Assembly: GCA_965223265.1 (NCBI GenBank)
Contig: OZ244999.1
Location: 544,001 to 608,000, forward strand
DNA length: 64,000 nt
Source: Planctomycetota bacterium
GTDB lineage: Bacteria; Planctomycetota; UBA8108; SXIK01
Direction of reading: 5' to 3'
The notes beneath the pieces are model-generated. The model saw only the letters and a list, made by a program, of their open reading frames with translations. It searched no databases and was not told where the DNA came from. Each line of letters starts with the position of its first letter. Position 1 is the stretch's first letter. Shown here piece after piece: positions 19,893-30,589 of the stretch. Both the position numbers and the translations under genes were made by a program.

Positions 19893-21212
19893 GTGGTGCA
19901 GCAATTGAACGAGGTCGAAGCCATTGCTCGCAGAGCGCGAGCCGCCGCCCTTTCGGTCGCGGCGCTGAGTGGCGAAGTGCGTGATCGTGCGCTGACTGCC
20001 GTACGCCAGTCCTTGCTTGACGAGCGGGAGACTATTTTCGCAGCCAATCGTGCCGACAAGGAAGAGTCTCAGGCTCTTGTCGCGCGGGGTGAGATGTCGC
20101 AGGCGCTCTTCAAACGGCTCGACATCGAGGCAGCGAAGTTCGACGGTGTGCTCGCGGGGATTGACGATGTGATTCGACTGCCAGATCCGATTGGCTGCGT
20201 GGACTATGCCACCCGTCTCGACGAAGGTCTCGACCTCTACCGCGTCTCCTGCCCCCTTGGAGTCATCGGCGTGATCTTCGAAGCGCGGCCTGATGCTGCG
20301 GTGCAGATTTCCGCGCTGACGCTGAAGTCAGCCAATGCCGTGATTCTGAAAGGCGGACGAGAGGCCCAAAGGACGAACAGCGCCTTGGTCGACGCGATTC
20401 GATCCGGGCTCAGTTCGGTGCCGGAATTCCCGGAGGACGCGGTGCAGCTCATCTCGACGCGAGAGGAGGTGCGCGCCATGCTCGATCTCGACGAGTGGAT
20501 CGACCTCATCATTCCGCGCGGGTCGAACGAGCTCGTGCGTTCGATACAAGCTGCTACTCGCATCCCAGTTCTTGGTCACGCCGACGGCATCTGCGCTGTG
20601 TACATCGACGCCGATGCCGCCGTTGAGACTGCCGTCAATGTCGTCCTCGATTCGAAGACGCAGTACCCCGCGACGTGCAACTCCGCCGAGACGCTCCTCG
20701 TGCATCGGCAGGCTCTGTCGCGCGTCTTGCCGGCGGTCGGTGCCGCGCTGGCGTCAGCGGGCGTCGAGTTGCGCGCCGACGATTCGGCGCGCGAGAGCCT
20801 TGAGGCCGCAGTCCCAGCGCAAGAAGCCGACTACGATACGGAGTTCTTGGATCTCGTCATAGCCGTCAAAACGGTCGACTCGATCGATGAGGCGATCGAG
20901 CACATCAACCGGCATGGCTCGCACCACACCGACGCGATCGTCACGGAGAATCAAAGTGCCGCCGACGACTTCCTCCGTCGAGTCGACTCGGCCGGCGTTT
21001 TTCACAACGCGTCGACGCGGTTCGCCGATGGATATCGTTACGGACTCGGAGCTGAGGTCGGCATAAGTACGAACAAAACCCATGCCCGCGGTCCCGTTGG
21101 GCTAGAGGGGCTTGTCATTTACAAGTTCAAGCTGCACGGAAATGGCCAAGGGGTCGCGGACTACGGACCGGGTAAGAAGCCGTTTCTCCACAAGCGCCTC
21201 GACGTTCCGTGA
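19893..21212 (+). CDS. proA: Gamma-glutamyl phosphate reductase
   Basis: PLGVIGVIFEARP, LKGGREA, IPRGS, CNSAETLL, NASTRFADG..YGLGAEVGIST.KTHARGPVGL. Confidence 0.96.
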   Translation: MVQQLNEVEAIARRARAAALSVAALSGEVRDRALTAVRQSLLDERETIFAANRADKEESQALVARGEMSQALFKRLDIEAAKFDGVLAGIDDVIRLPDPIGCVDYATRLDEGLDLYRVSCPLGVIGVIFEARPDAAVQISALTLKSANAVILKGGREAQRTNSALVDAIRSGLSSVPEFPEDAVQLISTREEVRAMLDLDEWIDLIIPRGSNELVRSIQAATRIPVLGHADGICAVYIDADAAVETAVNVVLDSKTQYPATCNSAETLLVHRQALSRVLPAVGAALASAGVELRADDSARESLEAAVPAQEADYDTEFLDLVIAVKTVDSIDEAIEHINRHGSHHTDAIVTENQSAADDFLRRVDSAGVFHNASTRFADGYRYGLGAEVGISTNKTHARGPVGLEGLVIYKFKLHGNGQGVADYGPGKKPFLHKRLDVP

Positions 21213-21577
21213 GACCCGCGCGCGACAGCGGAAGTCGTTATCGGAACCACACCGCCTATGGCTCGCTACGGGACACCCAGCAGAGGAGCTCTTGACGGGG
21301 CCGAGCAGAGCCGTTATTACTCATCGCTTTGTTCCGCGTACCGCGAGGAGAGCGTCCGTTCTCTCCGTTCAACTCGACCGGGGGAACTCAGCGGCGCAGG
21401 TCGCTCGTTGTGCGCGGTGTCCTGGTGGACAGGCGAGCCGATGCACAGGTTCGCTCTCGTGCGGCGTGCTGTCACAAACGTGGCGGCGAGGACCGGGTGT
21501 CCTGTCGACGCTCGGAGAGCCGCCGGAGAGACAGGGTCCAACTGACCCGACCGAGACACGACCGCGGGAGGCTTCGC

Positions 21578-22741
21578 TTGGCAGTTCCGTTTTCGCAAGC
21601 TTGGACGGTCGCCTCGTACGTCCTCCAGAAAAAGCTCAGGCGCCAGCAGCGCTATCCGCTGGTTCTGATGCTGGAGCCGCTGTTTCGTTGCAATTTGGCA
21701 TGCGCCGGATGCGGTAAGATTCAGTACCCGGCGCACGTTCTAAAAAAGCAGCTCACTCCCCAGGAGTGTTTTCGCGCCGCCGAAGAGTGTGGTGCGCCGA
21801 TCGTCAGTATCCCCGGCGGCGAACCACTGATGCACCCAGACATCGTCGAGATCGTCAGTGGCCTCGTCGAGCGGCGGAAATACATCTACCTGTGTACGAA
21901 CGCGCTGCTTCTGCAGGAGCGCCTGGACGAGTTTACGCCGACCAAGTATCTCACCTTCAGCGTGCACATGGACGGTCTCAAGGATGATCATGACTTCGCC
22001 GTTTGCCGCGAGGGCACCTACGAGGTCGCAATCGACGCCATGCGCGCCGCAATTGACCGCGGGTTCCGCGTCACAACGAACACGACGCTCTTCGAGGGCG
22101 CCGCGCCGGAGAGGGTCCGGGAGTTCTTCGACGAAATGATGGAGCTCGGCGTTGAAGGCATGATGATCTCGCCCGGATATAGCTACGCGAAAGCGCCGGA
22201 TCAGGAGCACTTTCTGCGACGTTCCCGGACGCGTGAGATGTTCTCTCGCATTCTCTCTCGCCCGAAACGTACTTGGCGATTCAACCAATCACCGCTGTTT
22301 CTGGAGTTTTTGATGGGCGGGCGTGACTATCAGTGCACGCCTTGGGGCAACCCGACCTACAACGTCTTTGGTTGGCAGAAGCCCTGCTATCTGCTTCAGG
22401 ATGGGTATGTCGACACGTTCGCCGAGCTAATGGGGTCCACTGAATGGGACCGATACGGAACCGGCCGTGACGAGCGCTGCTCGGACTGCATGGTGCACTG
22501 CGGCTATGAGCCGAGCGCTATGAACGATACGTTTGGCTCGCTTCGCGGTTTTTTGAGCACCGCACGGGCCGCGCTCCGCGGGCCGCGTCGCGGGCCGAGC
22601 GCTGATGAGTCCTCGCCGACGACTACGGAAACGGACCAAGAGGCTGCCCCGGTTGGCGGCTGCGTCTCTGGGGGACGCCGCGAGGACTCTTCGGACGAGC
22701 GCCCGGTCGCGGGGGTGGGGGCGGGAAGCGAGCCATCGTGA
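21578..22741 (+). CDS. hpnH: Adenosyl-hopene transferase (radical SAM)
   Basis: YPLVLMLEPLFRCNLACAGCGK, GGEPL, CTPWGNP, CSDCMVHCGYE. TTG start at 21578 after GGGAGG. Confidence 0.93.
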   Translation: MAVPFSQAWTVASYVLQKKLRRQQRYPLVLMLEPLFRCNLACAGCGKIQYPAHVLKKQLTPQECFRAAEECGAPIVSIPGGEPLMHPDIVEIVSGLVERRKYIYLCTNALLLQERLDEFTPTKYLTFSVHMDGLKDDHDFAVCREGTYEVAIDAMRAAIDRGFRVTTNTTLFEGAAPERVREFFDEMMELGVEGMMISPGYSYAKAPDQEHFLRRSRTREMFSRILSRPKRTWRFNQSPLFLEFLMGGRDYQCTPWGNPTYNVFGWQKPCYLLQDGYVDTFAELMGSTEWDRYGTGRDERCSDCMVHCGYEPSAMNDTFGSLRGFLSTARAALRGPRRGPSADESSPTTTETDQEAAPVGGCVSGGRREDSSDERPVAGVGAGSEPS

Positions 22742-23169
22742 GCGAGGCACCTACCGGCGAATCTCCGTTGCGCGGTGAGGGCGGCCCGATCGAAGGAGAG
22801 CTGTTTGTGCAGGGGTTTACGTGGTCGCTTGGTCAGGACCTTGATCTCGAACGCGTGCTGGACGCGGCGTTCGACTACCGCGGCAACGTCCTGCTACGGC
22901 TGCAGAATGATTCTGAAGTTACAGGGTACCTTTTTAACCGTGGTGCCGATGGGACGGGTAAGTTCGTGGAGGTCTTTCCCGTCGACGGGAGTCGGCAGCG
23001 TGTCCGCTGCGACGACATTCACGCCGTTGTTTTCAGTGGCCGCGATACGGCGGCGGGTAAGTCGTGGGAGACATGGGTGAAGAAGTACGAAGCCAAGAAG
23101 GCCGCCGAAGCGCGCGGAGAGCGGGTCGAATCGATCGATCTCTTTCCGGATGCGGGAGAGGAGACGTGA
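22738..23169 (+). CDS. Hypothetical protein
   Basis: GTGA overlap with the hpnH stop; AFDYRGNV and SGRDTAAGKSWETW blocks. Confidence 0.7.
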   Translation: MSEAPTGESPLRGEGGPIEGELFVQGFTWSLGQDLDLERVLDAAFDYRGNVLLRLQNDSEVTGYLFNRGADGTGKFVEVFPVDGSRQRVRCDDIHAVVFSGRDTAAGKSWETWVKKYEAKKAAEARGERVESIDLFPDAGEET

Positions 23170-23304
23170 GAGAGCGAGATTGCGAGCGCATCCTTGTGAT
23201 CGCGACGCGGTCGGTGAAAGCCGCTCTGAGACGTGGCCTCTATTTCAGCTGAACAACCTTCTACGCGACTGTCGTAGAACGAGTGAGCGCGACTGGTTCG
23301 CTCG

Positions 23305-24363
23305 TCAAGAACCCGCCGGCGGGTTGCCGTCTTCGAGCACGACCGCTTCTCCCGTCATGGTTACGGCGACTTCGTCGCCGACTCGGTAGTGGGCGGCACC
23401 GACCACGTCGACAATGAGCGATGTGTCCCCGATGAGCACCGAGTATCGCGTGACACTACCGCGGTAGTCGCGCGCGCGTATCGTGCCGGTTGCTTGATTC
23501 GGTGCGGTCGCCTCGAGGCGTAACTGTTCAGGGCGAATCGACACTGCGGCCGCTGCATCGCACTCGCGATCGAGAGGCACGCGGCCGACGCAGGTGTCGG
23601 CATGGCGCCCGCCCGGGCGCACGTCAAGTACGTTGGTTGCGCCGAGAAACCTGGCGACGAACGGAGTCTTGGGATGCCGATAGATGTCCTCCGGCGTTCC
23701 CAGTTGAACGATTCGCGCTGTATCCATGACGGCAACGCGGTCCGCGAAGGAGAATGCCTCACTCTGGTCGTGTGTGACGAGGATCGCGGTGACGCCTTCA
23801 CGTTTGAAGAGTGCTCGGATTTCTTCGCGTGTGCCAGTACGTAGGCTCGGATCGAGGTGGCTGAACGGCTCGTCCAATAGCAGTAGCCGTGGGCTTGGTG
23901 CTATGGCCCGCGCGATCGCCACGCGCTGCTGCTCACCACCCGACAGCGCCTGCGGCGAGCGATGCGCCAGTTTGTCTAAGCGGACGAGCTGCAGCGCACG
24001 CACCGCGCGTTCACGGCGCTCGGACTTTGGTAGCGACCGCAGCCCGAAGGCCGTGTTCTCGAGTACGCTGAGATGCGGAAAAAGCGCGTAGTCTTGGAAC
24101 ACAAAGCCAATGCCACGTTTCTCTGGCGGGCAGTGTACGGTCGGTGAGGCGAGGACTTGGCCGCCGAGCAAGACTTTGCCAGCGTCGGCACGTTCCAGCC
24201 CCGCGATGAGCCGCAGCGACGTTGTCTTACCGCATCCGGATGGTCCGAGCAGCGCGAAGATCTCTCCCTGTTCGACTGCGAACGTCAAATCGTCGACGAC
24301 ACAGGGTTCTGAGGCGTGGAAACGCTTCGAGAGATTCTCCAACTCGAGCAGATGAACCGTCAT
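23305..24363 (-). CDS. Fe3+ ABC transporter ATP-binding subunit (FbpC/AfuC-like)
   Basis: GPSGCGKTT, LSGGEQQR, LLLDEP, VTHDQ, TOBE-like C-terminus; ATGA coupling with the permease gene. Confidence 0.92.
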   Translation of the reverse strand: MTVHLLELENLSKRFHASEPCVVDDLTFAVEQGEIFALLGPSGCGKTTSLRLIAGLERADAGKVLLGGQVLASPTVHCPPEKRGIGFVFQDYALFPHLSVLENTAFGLRSLPKSERRERAVRALQLVRLDKLAHRSPQALSGGEQQRVAIARAIAPSPRLLLLDEPFSHLDPSLRTGTREEIRALFKREGVTAILVTHDQSEAFSFADRVAVMDTARIVQLGTPEDIYRHPKTPFVARFLGATNVLDVRPGGRHADTCVGRVPLDRECDAAAAVSIRPEQLRLEATAPNQATGTIRARDYRGSVTRYSVLIGDTSLIVDVVGAAHYRVGDEVAVTMTGEAVVLEDGNPPAGS

Positions 24364-26018
24364 GCCGCAGCAGACCTCTTTTCGACACAGAGAAGGAGGC
24401 CGACGAAGAGACTCGAAAGAGCTACCAAAACAAGAGCGTAAGGGGCGGCCTGCGGAAATCGTGCGTCTTCTACTTGGTGCCACACGCCGGTTGCCAGCGT
24501 CTCGAATCCGACCGGACTGAGAAGCAGCGTCAGCGGCAGTTCCTTCATCACGGAAATAAAGACAAACGCGAGACTGACCAGGATGCTTGGTAGTAAAGCA
24601 GGGAGCGTGACACGGAAAAAGACCGCCTGCGGGGAGCAGCCCAGTGAGCGTGCTGCTTCTTCGAGGCTCGGACGGACTTTGGCGACGCCACTTTTGAGAG
24701 GTCCGACAGCCTCAACGAGGTAGCGCAGCGCGTAAGCTGCGATGAGGAGAGACCATGATTGGTAGACGAGCGGTGTCTCGAACCCCAGCTGCCGACCTAC
24801 GCCATCGATTCTGATCGAAAAGAAGATCAAGCCTAACGCGAACGCCAGCGGCGGAACGGCGTAGCCCAGGTAGGCGCCGGTTTCTATGGCACGCGACAGT
24901 TTTCCCCGGCCTCGAACCATCTGAAAGGTCAAGGGGATAGCGATGGCGGTCGTGAGCAGCGCTGCGGGTAAGCTGGCTAGCCCGCTTGTCCAGAGGGCGT
25001 CGAGCACGTCCGGCCAGACGCTATCGGCATCCGCCCGCCAGCCGCTCACGAACCAGAACCCGATCGTTGCCAATGGAATGATGACCGCCAGCAGGGTCGT
25101 GCTGGCGATGAGAACGTAGGCCGGAACTGCCATTCTGCCGAGCCGCTGTTGACGCCTTGTGCGGTCGACGCTCGCTCCTACCGTCTCGAGGCGTAACCGA
25201 CGCAGGCCGCGGAGTTCAACGGCAACAACCAGTGCGGTGAGCAGAAGGAGAAGAAGGGCGAGGCACGCCGCATAGGTGTGGTCGAATGCAGACGAGTATT
25301 GAGTGAAGAGCGCGTAGCTGAAAGTCTCGTACCCCATGAGACTGACGACGCCGAAATCTGCGAGGACGTGCAGAACGATGAGAAGGCGGCCAGATGCTGC
25401 AGCAGGGCGAAGCTGCGGGTAGATCGCGCGCCAGAAGGCCCGTCGTCGGGTGCAGCCGAGCATGCGGGCGGCTTCCTCGACGCTCGTGTCTGCTCGCTGC
25501 AGCGCAGCTCGAAGGTTGAGAAACAGATAGGGAAAGCTGCAAAGCGTGAGAGTGAGGAGCGAGCCCCAGAACCCAGCCACGCGCGGCAACGCGAACCCAG
25601 TGAGATGGTAGCCCGTGCCGTAATCCCCGCCCAGCGCCCGATAGGCGTAGGCCATGACGTAGGGCGGGACTGCGAGTGGCAACACGCAGAGAACGGTCAC
25701 GACGCGTTGGAGTTTCCATCGCACCCGAGTTGTGAGAAGCGCGAATGGAAATGCGAGCAGCTGACTACAGACGACAACGCCGGCGGCGAGTGCGACTGTG
25801 TTGGCGATAAGTTTTAGGTTTCGCCATTGAAACACCAAGTTTTGCAGCTCTTCGCGATCGGCGTCGAGCGCTCGGATCAGAAGGTAGGCGAGTGGCAGGC
25901 AGACGCCGAGCGCCGTCACCAGCGCCAGTGCAACGACGGGCTTCGCGGCACGGAAGACGCCATGGGAAGAGATGCGGCGTGGCGCGTGGCTCCGGAGACG
26001 GTGGTGCTTCTCGATCAC
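24360..26018 (-). CDS. Fe3+ ABC transporter permease (FbpB-like, two EAA loops)
   Basis: EEAARMLG and EEAARSLG motifs; about 12 TM segments. Confidence 0.92.
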   Translation of the reverse strand: MIEKHHRLRSHAPRRISSHGVFRAAKPVVALALVTALGVCLPLAYLLIRALDADREELQNLVFQWRNLKLIANTVALAAGVVVCSQLLAFPFALLTTRVRWKLQRVVTVLCVLPLAVPPYVMAYAYRALGGDYGTGYHLTGFALPRVAGFWGSLLTLTLCSFPYLFLNLRAALQRADTSVEEAARMLGCTRRRAFWRAIYPQLRPAAASGRLLIVLHVLADFGVVSLMGYETFSYALFTQYSSAFDHTYAACLALLLLLLTALVVAVELRGLRRLRLETVGASVDRTRRQQRLGRMAVPAYVLIASTTLLAVIIPLATIGFWFVSGWRADADSVWPDVLDALWTSGLASLPAALLTTAIAIPLTFQMVRGRGKLSRAIETGAYLGYAVPPLAFALGLIFFSIRIDGVGRQLGFETPLVYQSWSLLIAAYALRYLVEAVGPLKSGVAKVRPSLEEAARSLGCSPQAVFFRVTLPALLPSILVSLAFVFISVMKELPLTLLLSPVGFETLATGVWHQVEDARFPQAAPYALVLVALSSLFVGLLLCVEKRSAAA

Positions 26019-27049
26019 AGAAGACCTGTCTCACGGAGCAGTTTGAGAGTGCCCTGTAAGTCGTCGAGAGAGTCGAGATCCATGTCCGGAGCCTTGTCGC
26101 GGACGTCTCTGAGGAGCGGCGGCGGGTTCGTTCCGGCTCGCACGGGCAGCTCGCCGACATCCTGCGTGAAGAACTTTTGTCCCTCGTCGGAGAGGAGAAA
26201 GTTGACGAGCTTGACCGCCTGCGCGCGCCGCTTGGTTGACCGCAGAACCCCAACTCCTGCGACGTTCACAAGGTTGCCGACGTCGCCCTTGTCGCTAAAA
26301 AACGTCTGCGCAACGGGGAAGTTTGGATCGGTCTTCTGAAATCGCAGGAGATAGTAGTGATTTGGGAGTCCCAAGTCGATCTCGCCCGCCGCGAGCGCAG
26401 CGAGAATCGGCGTGTTCTTGGGGTACTTCTGGGCATCGTTTGCCTTCATGGCGAGAAGCCAGGCTCGCGTCTTGGCCTCGCCTTCCTTGACTCGCATGGC
26501 GGTGACGAAGGCTTGAAACGATGCGTTCGTCGGCGCCCACCCGACCCGTCCCTTCCACTTTGGGTCCGTCAGATCGAAAACGCTGCCTGGCAGATCGCTG
26601 CGGGAGACACGTTTCGAGGAGTACGCTAGCACGCGGGCGCGTCCACTCGTCGGCACCCAGGTGTCCGCCTTGTTGCGTAGTTTCGCAGGAATTCCATCGG
26701 CGGTATCCTTCGCAATCGACTTCATCAGGTCGGGAAGGAAGAGGCCGGCCTTGGTCACAGCGCCGAGGGCGCCGGCGTCCTGTGCCCAAAAGATATCCGC
26801 AGGCGTTGCTTGGCCTTCCTCGAGGAGCGCGGCAGTGAGCTGCGCCGTGTTGCCGTATCGAGCCCGGACCTTGATCCCCGTCTTCTTTTCGAAGGCGTCG
26901 ATCACTGGTGCGACGAGGTTTTTGCTACGACCGCAGTAAAGCGTCAGGGACTCCTCGGCGTCGAGCGGCGCAGGCGCCACCAGGAGAATGAGAAAGAAAA
27001 GACGGAATCGGCGAAGGGAAAAGCGACGACGGTCTCGAGTGGCGAACAT
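26015..27049 (-). CDS. Fe3+ ABC transporter substrate-binding protein (FbpA/FutA-like)
   Basis: Signal peptide, LYCGRSK, PADIFWAQDAG, GRARVLAY, NHYY (Tyr-Tyr iron ligands). Start MFATR at 27049. Confidence 0.9.
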   Translation of the reverse strand: MFATRDRRRFSLRRFRLFFLILLVAPAPLDAEESLTLYCGRSKNLVAPVIDAFEKKTGIKVRARYGNTAQLTAALLEEGQATPADIFWAQDAGALGAVTKAGLFLPDLMKSIAKDTADGIPAKLRNKADTWVPTSGRARVLAYSSKRVSRSDLPGSVFDLTDPKWKGRVGWAPTNASFQAFVTAMRVKEGEAKTRAWLLAMKANDAQKYPKNTPILAALAAGEIDLGLPNHYYLLRFQKTDPNFPVAQTFFSDKGDVGNLVNVAGVGVLRSTKRRAQAVKLVNFLLSDEGQKFFTQDVGELPVRAGTNPPPLLRDVRDKAPDMDLDSLDDLQGTLKLLRETGLL

Positions 27050-27350
27050 AATTGTCCTTAGGAGAACGGTGGAGCTGCTCTTGTGGCGAACGGCGAAGCT
27101 GCTGACTTCCTTGTTGCTGCAAGCGCCCCGGCCACGAACCGCAGTGGAAAACCGCGCCGCGAGGCGGCGGAGGCGCGTCCAGGTCAAGCGGGCCAAACAA
27201 ACGTACTATTCAGCGAACTTTTTGCCCTCATTGCAAGAGAATGCAGTGGAATCCGGGAGTCGTAAGTGGATGCGCGGGACGATCGCCCGTGGTATGGTGG
27301 ATTTTCAGCGGACCGAGGGAGACGATCGCAGGAACGGAGAGGCAAGGCCG

Positions 27351-28745
27351 ATGAGTCAGCGAGCCATTCTTCTTTTCTTCAGTTGCGTGCTTTTGGCGAT
27401 TTCTCCAGCTCCGAAGACCTTTGCGGAGGTTTCCAAAAAGGAGGTCAGGGAGTACCAGAAGACGGTCGCGAATCTGGTCCGCGGTAAGCGGCAGGACGCG
27501 CTCTACAGGCTCGTCAAGGAGATCGCCGAGAAAGACTCTCCCAGACTTGCCACGCTGCTCCTCGATGTCGGGACAGCGCTCGAGTCGGAGCGCATTTACA
27601 ACCGCGCCGTCGAAGGGATCGCCCGCCTGAAGAACCCCGAGGCGATCCAGGCGCTCATCAAGGCCCTCGACTCCCGGAGGACGCCCACAGCGCGTCGGGT
27701 CCTTGTCTTGGACGGATTCGCCAAACGGACGGACGACGAAGAAGCGTTTCATGCTGCAGTCGAGCACTTGAAGAGCTCGTCTGTTCAGATGCAGCTTGCG
27801 GTCATCGGCGTGATGCGGAGTCATCGACGCAAAGAGGCCGTGCCACTGTTGATCGACGTGCTCGACCGTTTCAGCAAAGTGCGCGAGCGGATTTGGTACG
27901 AGGTGCGAGTCGCCCTTGTGGATCTGACCGGTCGAGATTTCGAAGAAGTTGAGGATTGGCGAAAGTTTTGGAAAACCGCGAAGGAGACGCTCGACCCGAA
28001 GAAGATCGATGAGGAGCGAAGGGGGAAGAAGGGCAAAAAGAAAGGCAAGAAAAAAAAGGACGGTAAGACGTCAGGTACGAGCATCGTGCTCAAGAAGCGT
28101 CCTGACGCCATCGAGTTCTTCGGCGCCGAAGTCTTCAGTCGAAACCTCACGTTCGTGATCGACATTTCTGGCAGCATGGTTCTTTACGACCCGTCGGATG
28201 AATACGAAGGTGACGACGAAGAGCGCGACCGTCAGCGTCTCGTGCGTGCCAAGGTGCAGCTTACAAGTGCGCTCAAGAAGCTCAAGCCGTCGACTCGCTT
28301 CAATATCATTTCCTTTTCGCACACCATCACACGTTGGAAGAAGCAGCTGGTACCGGCAAAGCCCAAGCATGTGGCGGCGGCTGTCAAGTTCGTCAGGAGT
28401 CTTGAACCAGCCGGTGGTACGCACACTGATGAAGCGATCAAAGCCGCGTTTGAGGACTTTTCAGTCGACACGATCGTGCTTCTCACGGACGGCGCGCCGG
28501 CGAAGGTTGTCAACGGTCGGCAGCGGCCGGGAAACCCGATGGGGCTGATGAAGCGGATCCTCAAGTACGTCAAAAACGTCAACGCCGGTCGACGTGTAGT
28601 GATCGAGACGTTCGGTTTCACCGGTCACGGTGAGTCTCCCTCGAGCCATCCACAGACCCCAGCGGGAGGAGATCCGAGCGTGTTCGTCAAGTTCTTGAAG
28701 AGACTTGCCTCGATCACCGGTGGCAGTTTTCACGCCATCAAGTGA
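27351..28745 (+). CDS. Secreted HEAT-repeat plus von Willebrand A (MIDAS) domain protein
   Basis: Signal peptide, HEAT-like helices, LTGRDF..WRKFW, Lys-rich linker, VIDISGSM, GGTHT, LLTDGAP. Confidence 0.85.
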   Translation: MSQRAILLFFSCVLLAISPAPKTFAEVSKKEVREYQKTVANLVRGKRQDALYRLVKEIAEKDSPRLATLLLDVGTALESERIYNRAVEGIARLKNPEAIQALIKALDSRRTPTARRVLVLDGFAKRTDDEEAFHAAVEHLKSSSVQMQLAVIGVMRSHRRKEAVPLLIDVLDRFSKVRERIWYEVRVALVDLTGRDFEEVEDWRKFWKTAKETLDPKKIDEERRGKKGKKKGKKKKDGKTSGTSIVLKKRPDAIEFFGAEVFSRNLTFVIDISGSMVLYDPSDEYEGDDEERDRQRLVRAKVQLTSALKKLKPSTRFNIISFSHTITRWKKQLVPAKPKHVAAAVKFVRSLEPAGGTHTDEAIKAAFEDFSVDTIVLLTDGAPAKVVNGRQRPGNPMGLMKRILKYVKNVNAGRRVVIETFGFTGHGESPSSHPQTPAGGDPSVFVKFLKRLASITGGSFHAIK

Positions 28746-28970
28746 GCTCGGCTCGTGAAATGTCGACCGCTCTCACCCCGCCGCGACGTGCGCGTTTCGT
28801 TCGTGTTCGCCGGCCTTTACCGGATGGCCGGCGGCGGTTCTCAGGCAGTTCGGTGGATGCTAAGATGGTGATTGCGTGGCGCATGCCGGCGGCCTCTCCA
28901 CGCGATGCGGCCGCGCGTGCGCCTTGTCGTTTGATAGACTTGGCGCGTAGGAACGATTCCGGACGGCTTC

Positions 28971-30461
28971 ATGGCTGATTCCATCATCTGTCGCAGTAGG
29001 ACTCTGTACGCCGCTGTGACTGTCTTGTTTGTCGTCTCATGGACGTCGACGTCGCTGGTAGCTGCGGATCGATTCTTTATCCCCAGCGTCGGCGCCGAGG
29101 CGGCAGCGGCGCAAGCTGCGGCCGAAGTCCACGCTGAGCACGATATTCCGGTCTCAGCGTTTTCGATCAGCTTGCGCTACGACCCGACCGCTCTGACAGC
29201 CGTTGAGGTCGTTGAACTGCTGCCGCTTGACTTCTTCGATGGCTTGACAGATACCGTCGAGGGCGAGATCGCTTACGGCGGTGTCGTCGATTTGACGGCG
29301 CCGTTCACTCCGCTTCCCGCGAGCACGGATCGAGCGCTGGTACGGATCACGTTTGACTTGCTCCTTCCCTCCGGCGAAACGACGGAGCTGATCTTCGAAG
29401 ACGGTCTGGGGGGAGATTTGCCGGTCAACAACGTCTTGACGACGGACGCCGGACAAAGCGTTCGACCGACTCTCGATCACGGCTGCATCGCCCGTGGCAC
29501 AGCGGTGCCGCGAGCGCTCATCAACGGCGCCGAGCTTGCCCCAGAGTCGACCGACGTGATTCTCGACGGCTCGACGAGCACCCCTCCGGACGCGGCCTTT
29601 TCGTGGCAGCAGGTGGCGGGGCCACCGGCGGTCGCGCTCGCCGGTGTCGACGCGCCGCAGCTGACGGTGACTTTACCCGCGGTCGAAGGCGACCAGGTGC
29701 TCACGCTTGAGCTCACCGTGAGTGGAGAATGCGGCACCGATACGGACACAGTGAACACGACAGCAATTGACGTTGATGCCCGTCGCGCACTCCTCACTTC
29801 GCGAGCTGGAAGTACGGCTCAGCTGATCGAAGGGGGGACGCGAGCCGTCGTTTTTGCCGCCGATGTCGACTGGGCAACCCCGCTTGAAGACGCCCTTTGG
29901 AGCCGCGCTCGCTTCGCGTTTGTCGGCAGCGGAGATCAGCGCCAACTTTTAAGCGGTCGAAGCGTTCTCTATGAAGACGTCAATGCCAATCGTACCCTTG
30001 ATGCTGGCGATGTTTCGTTGGCTGAGGTGAATGCGTTCGACGCAGGCGGCGGTTTCGAGTTCAGTCTTGCGCGTACGATCACTTCTGCCGCGCCGGTGCC
30101 GATTCTTCTCGTCGTCGACATCGCGCCTGAGGAGCCCGCGCCCACGCTGACGGCGTCAGCAGCCTCGCCCGTGCTGTTGCTCCTCGTGGCGACTCTCCTC
30201 ATGTTAGCGGCGCTGATTCCGTCGCAGTATCGTCGACTGCTGACGCGCAGCGCGACAATTGCAGCGCTGCTCATCGGTTTTAGCCTCATTGGGCTGCCGA
30301 GTTGCAGCAGCGGAGGTGGTGGCGGCTCCGCGTCCGCCGGTACCGGAGCGATCCAGTTCGCGCTGCAGGGGCAGGCGGATCTCTCGATCACCGGCGTCAA
30401 CACGGGCGTCGAAGGTCAGGCCGACGGCCTCCCCCTCAACGGTCCACCGCTCGATTTGTAG
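28971..30461 (+). CDS. Secreted/membrane-anchored protein with cohesin-like and PKD/Ig-like domains
   Basis: Signal peptide; AFSISLRYDP (cohesin-like), VILDGSTS...FSWQQVAGP...LELTV (PKD-like), DVNANRTLDAGD, two TM helices near the C-terminus. Confidence 0.7.
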   Translation: MADSIICRSRTLYAAVTVLFVVSWTSTSLVAADRFFIPSVGAEAAAAQAAAEVHAEHDIPVSAFSISLRYDPTALTAVEVVELLPLDFFDGLTDTVEGEIAYGGVVDLTAPFTPLPASTDRALVRITFDLLLPSGETTELIFEDGLGGDLPVNNVLTTDAGQSVRPTLDHGCIARGTAVPRALINGAELAPESTDVILDGSTSTPPDAAFSWQQVAGPPAVALAGVDAPQLTVTLPAVEGDQVLTLELTVSGECGTDTDTVNTTAIDVDARRALLTSRAGSTAQLIEGGTRAVVFAADVDWATPLEDALWSRARFAFVGSGDQRQLLSGRSVLYEDVNANRTLDAGDVSLAEVNAFDAGGGFEFSLARTITSAAPVPILLVVDIAPEEPAPTLTASAASPVLLLLVATLLMLAALIPSQYRRLLTRSATIAALLIGFSLIGLPSCSSGGGGGSASAGTGAIQFALQGQADLSITGVNTGVEGQADGLPLNGPPLDL

Positions 30462-30589
30462 AGTCCCGACGATTCGGCTTGCCAGGGTCTTGCTGTCGAC
30501 ACGCGGCGCCGTTCTCACAGAATCACGCGGAGACACTGTGCCCTCTTTGGAGTTAACAGCCGGCACCTCAATCGCTACACTGCGGCGTC

